Of a stretch of DNA of 36,313 bases, positions 17,304 to 27,926 are shown piece after piece. Numbering within the stretch: the first letter of the stretch is position 1; every line of letters starts with the position of its first letter. The notes under the pieces are model-generated. The model did not search any database, was not told the origin of the DNA, and worked only from the letters and a program-made list of their open reading frames with translations. The stretch is from positions 1-36,313 of the forward strand of contig JBBIVV010000021.1 of NCBI GenBank assembly GCA_037439545.1. Reading direction: 5' to 3'. The position numbers and the translations under genes were made by a program. Origin of the DNA: a bacterium. GTDB lineage: Bacteria; JAMCPX01.

Positions 17304-18154
17304 TGAAAGTTTTTATGGCAGGTGCAGGCGGTATGCTTGCCGCAGCACTCGAACATACGCTCAGCCCGATAGTTGATTTAACTGCTCTCACCGAGACCCA
17401 GCTCGACATAACGGACAAAGGCGCCGTTATCAAAGCAATAAAAGAAACTCAACCCGATGTGATCATCAATGCAGCGGCATACACCGCTGTCGATCAGTGC
17501 GAAACTGAGAAAGAAAAGGCAATGCTCATCAACGGCACTGCAGTCGGTCATCTTGCACAGGCTGCAGAGGTAACCAATGCACGGCTTATTCATATTAGTA
17601 CCGATTATGTCTTTGACGGGGAGAAGGAGGGCCCTTACACAGAGGAAGATAATCCAAACCCGATATCCGTGTATGGACGTTCAAAATTGCTGGGTGAGCA
17701 AGAGATAGTCCGTTTTACGGATAATTATGTTATTTTAAGATCGCAGTGGATGTACGGGAAAAATGGCAAAAACTTTGTCGATACGATTATCCGGCTTGCA
17801 CGGCAAGAAGATGAACTAAAGGTTGTTGACGATCAATATGGGAGTCCGACGTACACTATGGATCTTGCCTCTGTAATTCAGTGGTTCATAGAACATGGAG
17901 ATATAAAAGGACAGATATTCAATTTCTCAAGCGAAGGTATTGTGTCATGGTTCGGATTTGCACGTGAGATACTAAAACTTGCCGGCATGAAAAGGAAGCT
18001 TGTTCCTGTAGATACGTCTGCTTTCCCAAGACCTGCCAAAAGACCGCATAATTCGGCACTTGATAAAACGAAGATAAAACAGACTGCGAACATTGACATA
18101 AGAACTTGGTTTGATGCACTATATGACTACATGAAAAATTCAGGGAGGATATAG
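17303..18154 (+). CDS. rmlD: dTDP-4-dehydrorhamnose reductase
   Basis: Likely GTG start overlapping the rmlB stop; GAGGML, NAAAYTAVD, ISTDYVFDG, YGRSKLLGE, DQYGSPT, PAKRP. Confidence 0.93.
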   Translation: MKVFMAGAGGMLAAALEHTLSPIVDLTALTETQLDITDKGAVIKAIKETQPDVIINAAAYTAVDQCETEKEKAMLINGTAVGHLAQAAEVTNARLIHISTDYVFDGEKEGPYTEEDNPNPISVYGRSKLLGEQEIVRFTDNYVILRSQWMYGKNGKNFVDTIIRLARQEDELKVVDDQYGSPTYTMDLASVIQWFIEHGDIKGQIFNFSSEGIVSWFGFAREILKLAGMKRKLVPVDTSAFPRPAKRPHNSALDKTKIKQTANIDIRTWFDALYDYMKNSGRI

Positions 18155-18157
18155 GCT

Positions 18158-19456
18158 ATGAGGCTCACGATTATAGGAACAGGATATGTCGGACTTGTTA
18201 CGGGCACCTGTTTTGCCGACAGCGGCAATGATGTTATCTGTATGGATATTGATAAAAAAAAGATTGATTCCCTGAAAAAGGGGGGCGTTCCAATCTATGA
18301 ACCGGGGCTCAAAGAACTTATGCAGAAGAATTATAAAGAGGGCAGGCTGCATTTTACAACGGACATCAAGGACGCCGTCCAGAAGTCGCAGATTATATTT
18401 ATTGCGGTCGGTACGCCGCCAAAAGACAACGGAGCAACAGACCTCGCAACAATAAAGGCGGTTGCAAAAGATATCGGCAGGTACATGAACGAGTATAAGA
18501 TCGTTGTTACCAAAAGCACTGTTCCCGTCGGGACCGCCGATTTGATCAGGAAGATTATCGCAAAGGAGACGCGTCTTCAGTTCGACATTGCTTCGAATCC
18601 GGAGTTTTTGAAAGAAGGTGCTGCAATAGACGATTTTATGAAGCCCGACCGGGTCGTCATAGGTATCAACGATGAAAAGGCGGGAGTGGCGTTGAAATCC
18701 CTGTATGAGCCTTTTACCCGCACCGGCAATCCGATCATCGTTACCGACATAAGAAGTTCCGAGATGATAAAGTATGCTGCAAATGCCATGCTTGCGACCA
18801 AGATCTCGTTCATAAATGAGATTGCAAATCTGTGTACCGCTACCGGTGCAAATATCGACGACGTAAGAAAGGGTATCGGCTACGACAATCGCATAGGACA
18901 TCTTTTTCTGTTTCCCGGTGTGGGGTATGGAGGGTCCTGTTTCCCCAAGGATGTTAAAAGCGCAATACATGCAGGGAAGCACTATGGATATAGTATGGAT
19001 TTACTTGCTGCAGTTGATCGTGTGAATGATAATCAAAAGGCACTCATGGCAACGGTCATAAGAAAGCATTTTCATGGTGCATTGAAGGGGAAGAGATTCG
19101 CTGTATGGGGTATTGCATTCAAGCCGAAGACCGATGATATAAGAGAGGCTCCATCCATCGTTATTATCGATTCGTTATTGAAGGCAGGGGCAGATGTCGT
19201 TGCGCATGATCCCGAGGCAATGCAGAACATAAAAACGGTATTCGGCAAAAAAATCAAGTATGTGGACGATATGTACGGCGCTCTTAAGAATGCGGACGGT
19301 CTGGTGCTTGTCACCGAGTGGAATGAGTACAGAAATCCGGATCTTGACAGGATGTTTCGACTGATGAAAGAAAGAGTTGTTTTTGACGGAAGGAATATTT
19401 TTAACAAGCGGCAGTTTCTGGACAGGGGGTTTAAATACTACGGAATAGGAAGGTAG
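18158..19456 (+). CDS. ugd: UDP-glucose 6-dehydrogenase
   Basis: GTGYVG, PIYEPGL, KSTVPVGT, NPEFLKEG, catalytic GGSCFPKD, FKPKTDDIRE, DGRN. Confidence 0.96.
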   Translation: MRLTIIGTGYVGLVTGTCFADSGNDVICMDIDKKKIDSLKKGGVPIYEPGLKELMQKNYKEGRLHFTTDIKDAVQKSQIIFIAVGTPPKDNGATDLATIKAVAKDIGRYMNEYKIVVTKSTVPVGTADLIRKIIAKETRLQFDIASNPEFLKEGAAIDDFMKPDRVVIGINDEKAGVALKSLYEPFTRTGNPIIVTDIRSSEMIKYAANAMLATKISFINEIANLCTATGANIDDVRKGIGYDNRIGHLFLFPGVGYGGSCFPKDVKSAIHAGKHYGYSMDLLAAVDRVNDNQKALMATVIRKHFHGALKGKRFAVWGIAFKPKTDDIREAPSIVIIDSLLKAGADVVAHDPEAMQNIKTVFGKKIKYVDDMYGALKNADGLVLVTEWNEYRNPDLDRMFRLMKERVVFDGRNIFNKRQFLDRGFKYYGIGR

Positions 19457-19462
19457 GGGATC

Positions 19463-20398
19463 GTGAATAAAAGAGTCGTAATAACAGGCGGTGCCGGATT
19501 TATAGGTTCGCATCTGTGCGAGTATTTTCTTGGGAAATCTTATGATGTATTCTGTGTCGATAATCTTATCACGGGTTCTCTTGACAATATTGCGCATTTA
19601 TTCGGCACCAAAGAATTCGTTTTTATGAACCATAACATAGCAAACTATCTGCATATTCCGGGTAAGATAGATTATGTGCTTAACTTTGCATCACCGGCAA
19701 GCCCTATTGATTATCTTGAGCATCCGATAGAAACACTGAAAGTAGGATCCCTTGGCACTCATAAGTCTATAGGTCTCGCAAAAGACAAAGGTGCAAGATA
19801 TTTTCTTGCCTCGACATCAGAGGTGTACGGCGACCCGCTTGTTAATCCCCAGCCGGAAACATACTGGGGTAACGTCAATTCCGTTGGACCGCGAAGCGTG
19901 TATGATGAAGCAAAGCGTTTTGCGGAAGCAATGACCATGGGCTATCACAGATTTCATAAGGTGGATGTAAGGATCGTAAGAATATTTAACACCTATGGTC
20001 CACGTATGCGTCTTAACGATGGACGTGTGGTTCCGAATTTTGTTATGCAAGCATTGCATGATGAGCCCTTGACCGTTTATGGCGATGGTTCTCAGACAAG
20101 GAGCTTCTGCTATGTTGCTGATCTTGTCGAGGGTATATACAGACTTTTGATGTCCGATTATATCGGTCCTGTCAATCTCGGTAACCCTGAAGAATGGAAG
20201 ATCATCGATTTTGCAAAACATATCATTGAACTTTCAGGTTCTAAAAGTAAGCTTACCTATAAGCCGTTACCGCAGGATGATCCAAAGCAGAGAAGACCGG
20301 ACATAACACTTGCGAAAAAGCTGCTCAACTGGCAGCCGGGCGTGCCTCTTGATCTTGGGCTGAAAAACACGCTGGATTACTTTATAAAGAAGAAGTAG
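19463..20398 (+). CDS. uxs: UDP-glucuronate decarboxylase (UDP-xylose synthase family)
   Basis: [57 protein letters not shown] start. Confidence 0.9.
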   Translation: MNKRVVITGGAGFIGSHLCEYFLGKSYDVFCVDNLITGSLDNIAHLFGTKEFVFMNHNIANYLHIPGKIDYVLNFASPASPIDYLEHPIETLKVGSLGTHKSIGLAKDKGARYFLASTSEVYGDPLVNPQPETYWGNVNSVGPRSVYDEAKRFAEAMTMGYHRFHKVDVRIVRIFNTYGPRMRLNDGRVVPNFVMQALHDEPLTVYGDGSQTRSFCYVADLVEGIYRLLMSDYIGPVNLGNPEEWKIIDFAKHIIELSGSKSKLTYKPLPQDDPKQRRPDITLAKKLLNWQPGVPLDLGLKNTLDYFIKKK

Positions 20399-20418
20399 CA
20401 CCGGGCTTGTCCGGTACT
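20395..20418. repeat. GTAG-led imperfect hairpin between convergent uxs and pfkA
   Basis: GTAGCACCGGGCTTGTCCGGTACT; the GTAG contains the uxs stop codon. Confidence 0.45.
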
Positions 20419-20425
20419 TAGTATC

Positions 20426-21385
20426 TTATGTTCCGAGTAATTCCATGATTGTAATTAATTCTTTTTTGATTGGCTTTACCTTGCTGATGGCTTCTTCAAA
20501 GGGGGTAAAGGCGATCTCATCCTTTACAAGCCCTACCATCTTTCCGCTGCCTCCTTTATTGAGAAAATCAACTGCAAAGAATCCGAACTGCGATGCGATC
20601 AGTCTGTCAAAAACGGTTGGAGACCCGCCTCTCTGCACATGACCGAGCACCGTTACCCTCGTTTCAAATCCGATTGCATCCCTGAGTTCTTTTTCTATCT
20701 GGTATGCGCTCGTTGCGCCTTCTGCAACAATGATAATGCTGTTGGAGCGTTTTTCCTCGTATCGTTTTCTTAACTTTTCTGCTATTGTTTTTATGTCATA
20801 AGGTACCTCGGGCACTATCGCAAACTCAGCCCCGCTTGCCATTGCAGACATGATCGCAAGATAACCGGATTCCCTGCCCATGACTTCTATGATGAAAGCC
20901 CTGTCATGGGATGAAGCGGTATCCTTGATCTTGTCAACAGCCTGAACAATTGTATTTAATGCCGTATCGACCCCTATTGCCATATCAGTTCCAAAAAGGT
21001 CGTTATCTATGGAACCCGGAATACCCACTGTTATCACTCCAAGCTCATGCAGTCTCAGGGCTCCCGTCAACGAACCATTACCACCTATTATTATAAGAGC
21101 ATCGATACCATTTTTTTTAAGAATACTTACTGCTTTTCTTCTTCCTTCATCGAGAAAAAATTCTTTAGATCGTGCGGTTTGAAGTATCGTGCCGCCAAAC
21201 TGCAGGATACCGCTGACTGATTTTGAATCAAGATGCTGGAACTCTTCGTTGATTAACCCTGAATATCCCCTGTGTATGCCTACGACCTCCCAGCCGAGAG
21301 CCAGGGCCGCCCGCACACTTGCCCGCAAAGCTGAGTTCATACCCGGCGAATCACCGCCACTTGTTAGAATTCCTATTTTTTTCAT
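20426..21385 (-). CDS. pfkA: ATP-dependent 6-phosphofructokinase
   Basis: ILTSGGDSPGMN, GGTIL, GGNGS, PGSIDND, EVMGR, LGHVQRGG; start 21385 follows AAGGAGG. Confidence 0.96.
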   Translation of the reverse strand: MKKIGILTSGGDSPGMNSALRASVRAALALGWEVVGIHRGYSGLINEEFQHLDSKSVSGILQFGGTILQTARSKEFFLDEGRRKAVSILKKNGIDALIIIGGNGSLTGALRLHELGVITVGIPGSIDNDLFGTDMAIGVDTALNTIVQAVDKIKDTASSHDRAFIIEVMGRESGYLAIMSAMASGAEFAIVPEVPYDIKTIAEKLRKRYEEKRSNSIIIVAEGATSAYQIEKELRDAIGFETRVTVLGHVQRGGSPTVFDRLIASQFGFFAVDFLNKGGSGKMVGLVKDEIAFTPFEEAISKVKPIKKELITIMELLGT

Positions 21386-21454
21386 AAACAATGCCTCCTT
21401 ATGTCTTTGTATAGGGGACATCCATGTGCATTACAAGCAATCCATTCGATCTCT

Positions 21455-21484
21455 TTGACAATCATCGAATCTCTTTTATATCAT
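21455..21484 (+). promoter_or_regulatory. Sigma70-type promoter for the HAD hydrolase
   Basis: TTGACA (21455-21460), 18 bp, TATCAT (21479-21484), 6 bp, ATG 21491. Confidence 0.6.
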
Positions 21485-21490
21485 TTGACC

Positions 21491-22222
21491 ATGGATGATC
21501 TGGAAGGACTGAAAAAATCTTTAAAGGATGTTGAGATTATTGCAACCGATGTCGACGATACGCTTACCATAAATGGCTTGCTTACGTCCGATGTCATTAA
21601 AGCCATTGAATACATTAATAGTACTGGCAGGAAAGTCATACTTGTTACGGGCAGATCAGGGGGGGCATGTACCACGCTTTCCCAGTATTTGCCGGTAGAT
21701 ATGGTGATTGCCGAGAACGGAGGAGTGATCATAAGCAATCATGAAATAACAACCATGAACTTGCCCGGGGATCACCTAGCACGGCTTGATCGGTGTTTTG
21801 AAGATATAAAACAGTTATTCCCCGGCATGAGACAGGCACAGGACAACCCGTTCCGTTTGACGGATCGTTCCATAGACAACAGGTCAATACCGGAGCACGC
21901 AATCGAGAAGATGAGTGCAGTTGCACAATCTTATCGACTTACATTAACCGTGAGCTCTGTGCAGACCCATATACTCTCGCCTTTTTGCAGCAAAGCAGGT
22001 ACGTTAAAGTCGATAACACGGGACAGAAAAACGATAACTGTCGGGGATTCAGCGAATGACGAAACCATGTTTAATCCGGAACTGTTCCCGCTTTCCATAG
22101 GCGTTTCCAACATAAAATATTATCTTAACAAACTGAAGTATAAGCCACGGTGGATTATGTCGGAAGAACAAGGTTATGGTTTTATGGAGCTTATAGACAT
22201 ACTAAAATCAACGGTCTATTAA
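21491..22222 (+). CDS. HAD-superfamily class IIB hydrolase
   Basis: Motif I DVDDT, VTGR, IAENGG, SKA, motif IV VGDSAND; the ORF-track start at 21401 would overlap the pfkA upstream region. Confidence 0.87.
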   Translation: MDDLEGLKKSLKDVEIIATDVDDTLTINGLLTSDVIKAIEYINSTGRKVILVTGRSGGACTTLSQYLPVDMVIAENGGVIISNHEITTMNLPGDHLARLDRCFEDIKQLFPGMRQAQDNPFRLTDRSIDNRSIPEHAIEKMSAVAQSYRLTLTVSSVQTHILSPFCSKAGTLKSITRDRKTITVGDSANDETMFNPELFPLSIGVSNIKYYLNKLKYKPRWIMSEEQGYGFMELIDILKSTVY

Positions 22223-22282
22223 ATACTTGACATTTAAAATGCAGCATTGTAAAGCTAAATTATAATATATGGAGGGCAAAAA

Positions 22283-23530
22283 ATGAAACGTTCAATTTTC
22301 TTAACATTGGTATGTAGTTTATTGTTAGTGAGTAGTGCATGGGCAGCCGATATGCCTTCAGCCAATGGCGGCAGCGGACTTATCGCAACCAGAACTCCCG
22401 ATGTGTTAAACAGGAATGCCTGGAATGCAAGTGGATTTTTTAACTATACCGGTCATCTTGCTCCGGCTGATTACAGCGGATCCTACCCTTCGGGTTCAGG
22501 TTTAAGCCGCGATTGGTCAGATGCAACGCTATCGGGTATATTTAATTATGGTTTTCTCAATAAGTTAGAAGGCGGACTTGTATTTCCTATAGATTTTAGC
22601 GGCGGACCAAAATCGCAGACAGGGTTAAACAATATAAACTTACTTGGGAAGTACGAATTTTTGAAAAGGGACAACACCCCGCTTTCGGTGGCTTCTACAC
22701 TCGTTGTCGGTATTCCCTCTGCAAGTAAAAGCTCTGTTCTCGGGAGCGGCAATGTAAATGTGCAGATAGAGGCTAATCTTGGATATAGAGTCAATGAAAA
22801 AAACAGGCTCTATGCAGATGTTGGGTTTCAGGAAGGCGATTATCTAAGCAAAGCCGATCCGTTAAAGGGATATCAAGCGGTCCCCATATTATTGGCATCA
22901 TTGAGTTATGAATATGCGATTCTTTTAGAAAAGGCTTACTTTAGCGTAGAACTTGTCGGCAAGGCTGCCAACTTAGGCGCTGGAAATTCAGGCTCGACAG
23001 ATCTTATACCTCTCGGCGACGAGGATTTATATGCGTTGTTCGGTTTAAGATACCTTCCAACAAAAATTACAGCGCTGACCCTCGGATTAGGCGGTGGACT
23101 TCCTGATCCTGTGAGAACGGATACAAATTATCTTGCAACAATTGGTTTTTCATACCTGTTTAATCAGGCAAAATCTGCTGTACGGGGATTTACTTATAAG
23201 AAGGCTTATACTCCCGCACCTGTAAAACCAACAGGTATGGCGGAAGGGCCAAAGGTTGTTGTGGTGAATGGATGTGCTGCCGGGGACAAAGCGCAATTTT
23301 TTGGAGGCAAGATAAAATCGGCTGGATTTAATGTGGTGGAGATTGGCAGAGCACCAACACTCACCTACAATGATTCAGTTGTTATCTTCAGCGATCCATA
23401 CTATAGCCAGGCAGTCAATATATTGCGAATGATACCGGGGAGTGAAAAGCTGGCACGATCAAAAGTAAAAAACTCAGTATACGATATATATGTTGTAATC
23501 GGATGTAGTGGAGTTGCGAACGCGAAATAA
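22283..23530 (+). CDS. Secreted/outer-membrane protein: putative N-terminal beta-barrel, Pro-rich linker and C-terminal LytR_C-like domain
   Basis: Signal peptide ending AWA; amphipathic strands ending IGFSYLF; linker TPAPVKP; VVVVNGC...KIKSAGFNVVEIG...SVVIF...DIYVVIG. Confidence 0.7.
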   Translation: MKRSIFLTLVCSLLLVSSAWAADMPSANGGSGLIATRTPDVLNRNAWNASGFFNYTGHLAPADYSGSYPSGSGLSRDWSDATLSGIFNYGFLNKLEGGLVFPIDFSGGPKSQTGLNNINLLGKYEFLKRDNTPLSVASTLVVGIPSASKSSVLGSGNVNVQIEANLGYRVNEKNRLYADVGFQEGDYLSKADPLKGYQAVPILLASLSYEYAILLEKAYFSVELVGKAANLGAGNSGSTDLIPLGDEDLYALFGLRYLPTKITALTLGLGGGLPDPVRTDTNYLATIGFSYLFNQAKSAVRGFTYKKAYTPAPVKPTGMAEGPKVVVVNGCAAGDKAQFFGGKIKSAGFNVVEIGRAPTLTYNDSVVIFSDPYYSQAVNILRMIPGSEKLARSKVKNSVYDIYVVIGCSGVANAK

Positions 23531-23657
23531 CCATTAGCGGGATCGGTATTTAGAAAAATAGTAGTCATTACCTTAGCCTTTAGTAAAGGAATAAAGACCT
23601 TTATTGAAGGTTAAGGTTGTATCTTCTGTAAGCAATCCATAGAAAAGGTGAACACAA

Positions 23658-24917
23658 TTGAATCTAAAAGAACTCAAAACGAAATCCATTGCAGAGCTTG
23701 CTACTATAGCAAAAGAACTGAATGTAGAAAATGCAATGAGTATGCGAAGACAAGAGCTTATTTTCGGCATATTGAATGCACAGAGTGCAAACAACGGTAT
23801 TATCTACGGTGAAGGAGTGCTCGAAATATTGCCGGACGGTTATGGTTTTTTAAGATCTTCCGACTATAACTATCTGCCGGGTCCTGATGATATCTACGTA
23901 TCTCCGTCTCAGATAAGGAAATTCGGTATAAGAACAGGGGACATCGTTACAGGACAGATAAGGCAGCCTAAAGAGGGCGAAAAATACTTCGCACTCGTTA
24001 AGGTTGAGACTATAAACAATGATGACCCTGAGGTTGCAAGAAACAAGATCCTTTTCGATAACCTTACGCCGCTGTATCCGGAAGAAAAGTTCAAGCTCGA
24101 GTATAACCATTCCGAGCTTTCAACAAGGGTCATAGACCTCCTTGCGCCAATAGGTAAAGGCCAGAGGGGCCTTATAGTTGCTCAGCCAAGAACGGGAAAG
24201 ACAATCCTCCTGCAGCATATTGCAAATGCGATAACAAAAAATCATCCGGATTCCCATCTTATAGTGCTTCTCATAGATGAAAGGCCTGAAGAGGTTACCG
24301 ACATGCAGAGATCGGTCAAAGGGGAGGTTATTAGCTCTACATTTGACGAACCTGCACAAAGGCATGTTCAGGTTGCAGAGATGGTACTGGAAAAGGCAAA
24401 AAGACTTGTAGAACATGGAAGGGATGTTGTTATATTGCTTGACAGTATAACCCGTCTTGCCAGAGCTCACAATACTATTGTTCCTGCGAGCGGCAAGGTG
24501 CTTTCCGGCGGTGTCGACGCAAATGCACTGCAGCGGCCAAAGAGGTTTTTTGGTGCCGCAAGGAACATAGAAGAAGGCGGCAGTTTGACGATTATAGCAA
24601 CAGCTCTAATAGATACAGGCAGCCGTATGGATGAGGTTATTTTTGAGGAATTCAAGGGCACAGGCAATATGGAGATTGTTCTTGATAGAAGGTTAGCCGA
24701 TAAAAGGATATTCCCTGCGATGGATATTAGTAAGTCCGGCACAAGGAAAGAAGAACTTTTACTGGATAAAAATATCCTCACCAAGTTATGGGTACTGAGA
24801 AGGGTCCTGCATCCAATGGGTGTCGTGGAAGCCATGGAATTTTTGATAGACAAGCTGGCGAAGACAAAGACAAATAAAGATTTCCTTGACTCAATGAATA
24901 AAGTTGAGCTTGATTAA
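23658..24917 (+). CDS. rho: Transcription termination factor Rho
   Basis: [61 protein letters not shown] start. Confidence 0.98.
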   Translation: MNLKELKTKSIAELATIAKELNVENAMSMRRQELIFGILNAQSANNGIIYGEGVLEILPDGYGFLRSSDYNYLPGPDDIYVSPSQIRKFGIRTGDIVTGQIRQPKEGEKYFALVKVETINNDDPEVARNKILFDNLTPLYPEEKFKLEYNHSELSTRVIDLLAPIGKGQRGLIVAQPRTGKTILLQHIANAITKNHPDSHLIVLLIDERPEEVTDMQRSVKGEVISSTFDEPAQRHVQVAEMVLEKAKRLVEHGRDVVILLDSITRLARAHNTIVPASGKVLSGGVDANALQRPKRFFGAARNIEEGGSLTIIATALIDTGSRMDEVIFEEFKGTGNMEIVLDRRLADKRIFPAMDISKSGTRKEELLLDKNILTKLWVLRRVLHPMGVVEAMEFLIDKLAKTKTNKDFLDSMNKVELD

Positions 24918-24932
24918 AAAGCTGGAGGCGAA

Positions 24933-25160
24933 ATGAAAAAAGGAATACACCCGAACTATGTAAAAGCGATAATAAAATGTGCCTGTGGTAATGTTATAGA
25001 AACGAGATCGACGAAAGGCAATTATACGGTAGAAATATGCTCAAACTGTCATCCATTTTTTACGGGTAAGCAGAAATTTGTCGACTCAGCGGGAATGGTG
25101 GAGAAATACCAGAGGAAGTACACTAAGAAGATTGGGAAAAAAGCATCGGTAGCACAATAA
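24933..25160 (+). CDS. rpmE: 50S ribosomal protein L31 (Zn-binding type)
   Basis: [25 protein letters not shown]. Confidence 0.97.
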   Translation: MKKGIHPNYVKAIIKCACGNVIETRSTKGNYTVEICSNCHPFFTGKQKFVDSAGMVEKYQRKYTKKIGKKASVAQ

Positions 25161-25209
25161 CCTCTCTATCTATCGAAAAGATAGTGCCGCAAGGTAATAG
25201 AAAACAATA

Positions 25210-25899
25210 ATGAATGTTCTGTTACTGAACCATACATCCGATGCTGATAGAACAGTAGCTGTGGCAGCACGGCTGTGCTATTCAAAACATACCATTAAGG
25301 ACCTCAGGCAGGAACTTACCCGGGAGAAGATAGAAAACCTAATCACCGGCATAATAAGATCGGGACATCATTCTGTGCTTGAGCATGTCTCATTTACCTA
25401 CGGTATTGAGGGAATATCGCGTGTAACCACCCACCAGCTTGTAAGACACCGGCTTGCATCATATTCACAGCAAAGTCAGCGGTATACGAAGTTCGACAGG
25501 AAATCAGATTTCATAATACCGGAAAGTATAAACAACAATGGCATTTTCAGGGAAAAATTCTTAGAGCTCTCGGATAAAACGCTGGAGCTGTACCACGAAA
25601 TGACAGACTACGGAATTCCCGCGGAAGATGCAAGATATATACTGCCCAGTGCCGTCAATACCAGGATCATTGTTACCATGAATGCCCGTGAACTCCTGCA
25701 TTTCTTTAGATTAAGAACATGCCTCAGAGCGCAGTGGGAAATAAGAGAAATGGCCGTTCAGATGCTGAAACTTGCAAAACCTGCAGCCCCTGTAATCTTT
25801 AAAAAAGCAGGGCCAGCCTGTATTTCTGGCCCATGCACAGAAGGCGATTTTTACTGCGGCAAATTAAAAGAGGTAAGGGCTTTTTACAGAGGATTGTAA
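25210..25899 (+). CDS. thyX: Flavin-dependent thymidylate synthase
   Basis: GHHSVLEH, ThyX motif RHRLASYSQQSQRY, EDARY, MNAREL, AQWEIR. Confidence 0.96.
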   Translation: MNVLLLNHTSDADRTVAVAARLCYSKHTIKDLRQELTREKIENLITGIIRSGHHSVLEHVSFTYGIEGISRVTTHQLVRHRLASYSQQSQRYTKFDRKSDFIIPESINNNGIFREKFLELSDKTLELYHEMTDYGIPAEDARYILPSAVNTRIIVTMNARELLHFFRLRTCLRAQWEIREMAVQMLKLAKPAAPVIFKKAGPACISGPCTEGDFYCGKLKEVRAFYRGL

Positions 25900-25900
25900 A

Positions 25901-26974
25901 ATGTTTGAAAATATCGAGAAGGTACTGCAGCGGTATAATCAGCTTAATTCAATGCTGGGCACGCCGGAAATCTTTAATAATCCAAAAGAATACACGAAGT
26001 ACATCAGGGAAAGGAATGAGATAGAGCCGCTTGCGTTAACGTATCAGGCATACAAAGGGCTGGGAAAAAATATTGAGTCAACGAAACAATTGCTCACTTC
26101 AGTCGATGAGGACATCAAGCTGCTTGCAAAGGAAGAATTGCAGTCACTTGAAAAGCAGAAAGAATCGACGGAGAATAAGTTGAAAGAACTCGTACTGCCG
26201 AAAGATCCTCTGGATTCAAAAAATGTGTTACTCGAGATTAGGGCTGGCGCTGGCGGCGAGGAATCGGCGCTGTTTGCCGGAGATTTACTAAAAATGTATC
26301 TGAAATATGCAGAAAAGAAGAAATGGCGCGTAGAAATTATGAGTGAAAGTACAACGGGTATGGGAGGATATAAAGAGGTCATTGTTCTCATAGAGGGAGA
26401 AAGGGTATACAGCAAACTTAAGTTCGAAAGCGGAGTCCATAGGGTACAGAGGGTTCCAAAAACAGAGGCAAGCGGAAGAATTCACACCTCGACTGCGACG
26501 GTTGCCATACTGCCGGAAGCCGATGATGTGGAAATTGAAGTTAAAACCGATGATTTGAAAATAGATACATTCAGGGCAGGGGGACACGGAGGTCAAAATG
26601 TCAATAAACTTGAAACAGCAATAAGAATAACCCACCTGCCGACGGGTATGGTTGTTGTATGCCAGGACGAACGCTCGCAATATCAGAATAAAATAAAGGC
26701 AATGAAAATACTGAAATCACGGCTCCTGACAATGAATATAGAAAAGCAGACATCCGAGAGAGCGCAGGACAGAAAAAATCAGGTAGGGACCGGAGATCGC
26801 AGCGAAAAGATAAGAACGTATAATTTTCCTCAAAACCGGGTTACGGATCACAGAATTAATTATACAGTCTACACGCTCAGCTCGATGCTGTCGGGAGATA
26901 TAGATGAATTCATAGACGCACTCACGGCTTTCTACCGGGCAAATGAGCTTGCCAACGCAATTTCTTTAAAATAA
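25901..26974 (+). CDS. prfA: Peptide chain release factor 1
   Basis: EIRAGAGG, RF1 PxT motif RVQRVPKTE, GGQ, GDRSEKIRTYNFPQ. Confidence 0.97.
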   Translation: MFENIEKVLQRYNQLNSMLGTPEIFNNPKEYTKYIRERNEIEPLALTYQAYKGLGKNIESTKQLLTSVDEDIKLLAKEELQSLEKQKESTENKLKELVLPKDPLDSKNVLLEIRAGAGGEESALFAGDLLKMYLKYAEKKKWRVEIMSESTTGMGGYKEVIVLIEGERVYSKLKFESGVHRVQRVPKTEASGRIHTSTATVAILPEADDVEIEVKTDDLKIDTFRAGGHGGQNVNKLETAIRITHLPTGMVVVCQDERSQYQNKIKAMKILKSRLLTMNIEKQTSERAQDRKNQVGTGDRSEKIRTYNFPQNRVTDHRINYTVYTLSSMLSGDIDEFIDALTAFYRANELANAISLK

Positions 26975-26977
26975 CGC

Positions 26978-27847
26978 ATGCCGCAGCTCGATATCCTCTA
27001 TAGATGGGTAAAAAAGTATACTGCAGATAAAGGCACACATATCCCTTTACGTGAAGTAAACAGTATAATCTCTGCAATAGCGGGTATTCCCAGAGAGCGG
27101 TTACTTCTTGAAAAGGATATCCGGATTACCGATACCGGGGTCAGGCGTATCAAATACATCGTAAGAAAAAGAGTATCTCGCCATCCCCTTCAGTATCTGC
27201 TCGGCTCCGTAGAGTTTATGGGAATTAATTTTCTTATCAAGCCGGGGATATTGATTCCAAGACCTGAAACGGAATTACTGGTTGAAGCAGCTTTGGAAAT
27301 TATAGAGGGGCATTCGTACAGCACTATCCTCGACCTTTGCTGCGGGAGTGGAGCTATTGGACTTAGTATTGCACGGAAAAATAAAAGTGTGCAGGTAAGC
27401 CTCAGCGATATATCAAGGAAAGCCATTAGCCTCGCAAAAGAAAACAGTCGGAGGCTTGGCATTGCATCACGGATAAAGTTCTTTGAAGGGGACTTGTTTT
27501 CCCCGTTACCTGTATCGGCACAATTCGACCTTATTGTTTCGAATCCTCCCTATGTGCCGCAGAGGAGGATAAAGCATTTGCAGAAAGAAGTGTTGTTTGA
27601 ACCTCTTGAAGCCATTGACGGCGGTGTGGATGGTTTGGATGTAATAAGGAGGATCACGAGAAATGCCGGTAAATTCCTTAAGAAGAATGGCATACTTATC
27701 ATAGAACATGATGATACGCATGAGAGTTATTTTCATAGATTCAATGAAACCGGTTTGAGAACTACACTCCGGTACAGAAAAACTATAAAAGATCTTGCAG
27801 CCCTGCCGCGTATAAGTGTTTTTGACCTGCTGGAAAACGTGATATAA
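26978..27847 (+). CDS. prmC: Release-factor glutamine methyltransferase
   Basis: PLQYLLG, LIPRPETE, LDLCCGSG, SNPPY; directly follows prfA. Confidence 0.95.
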   Translation: MPQLDILYRWVKKYTADKGTHIPLREVNSIISAIAGIPRERLLLEKDIRITDTGVRRIKYIVRKRVSRHPLQYLLGSVEFMGINFLIKPGILIPRPETELLVEAALEIIEGHSYSTILDLCCGSGAIGLSIARKNKSVQVSLSDISRKAISLAKENSRRLGIASRIKFFEGDLFSPLPVSAQFDLIVSNPPYVPQRRIKHLQKEVLFEPLEAIDGGVDGLDVIRRITRNAGKFLKKNGILIIEHDDTHESYFHRFNETGLRTTLRYRKTIKDLAALPRISVFDLLENVI

Positions 27848-27871
27848 AAGGATCATGTTTTCATGATCCTT
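27848..27871 (+). terminator. Hairpin immediately after prmC
   Basis: AAGGATCATG TTTT CATGATCCTT, perfect 10-bp stem; poly-U tail weak. Confidence 0.5.
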
Positions 27872-27926
27872 GCTTATGCATGGGTTGACAATGGCATCAG
27901 CTTGTATGTAATATATATTCACTGCC

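Noticed and set aside
18140..18982. 280-aa antisense ORF over ugd, and many similar shadow ORFs (e.g. 14632-15225, 16167-16781, 32988-33554)
   Set aside because: They overlap well-supported genes on the opposite strand or frame and show no recognisable motifs; typical codon-bias shadows.
23658..27847. thyX inside the rho-rpmE-prfA-prmC cluster as a novelty
   Set aside because: As I recall, this order is a conserved arrangement in Geobacter-like Deltaproteobacteria; ordinary housekeeping.
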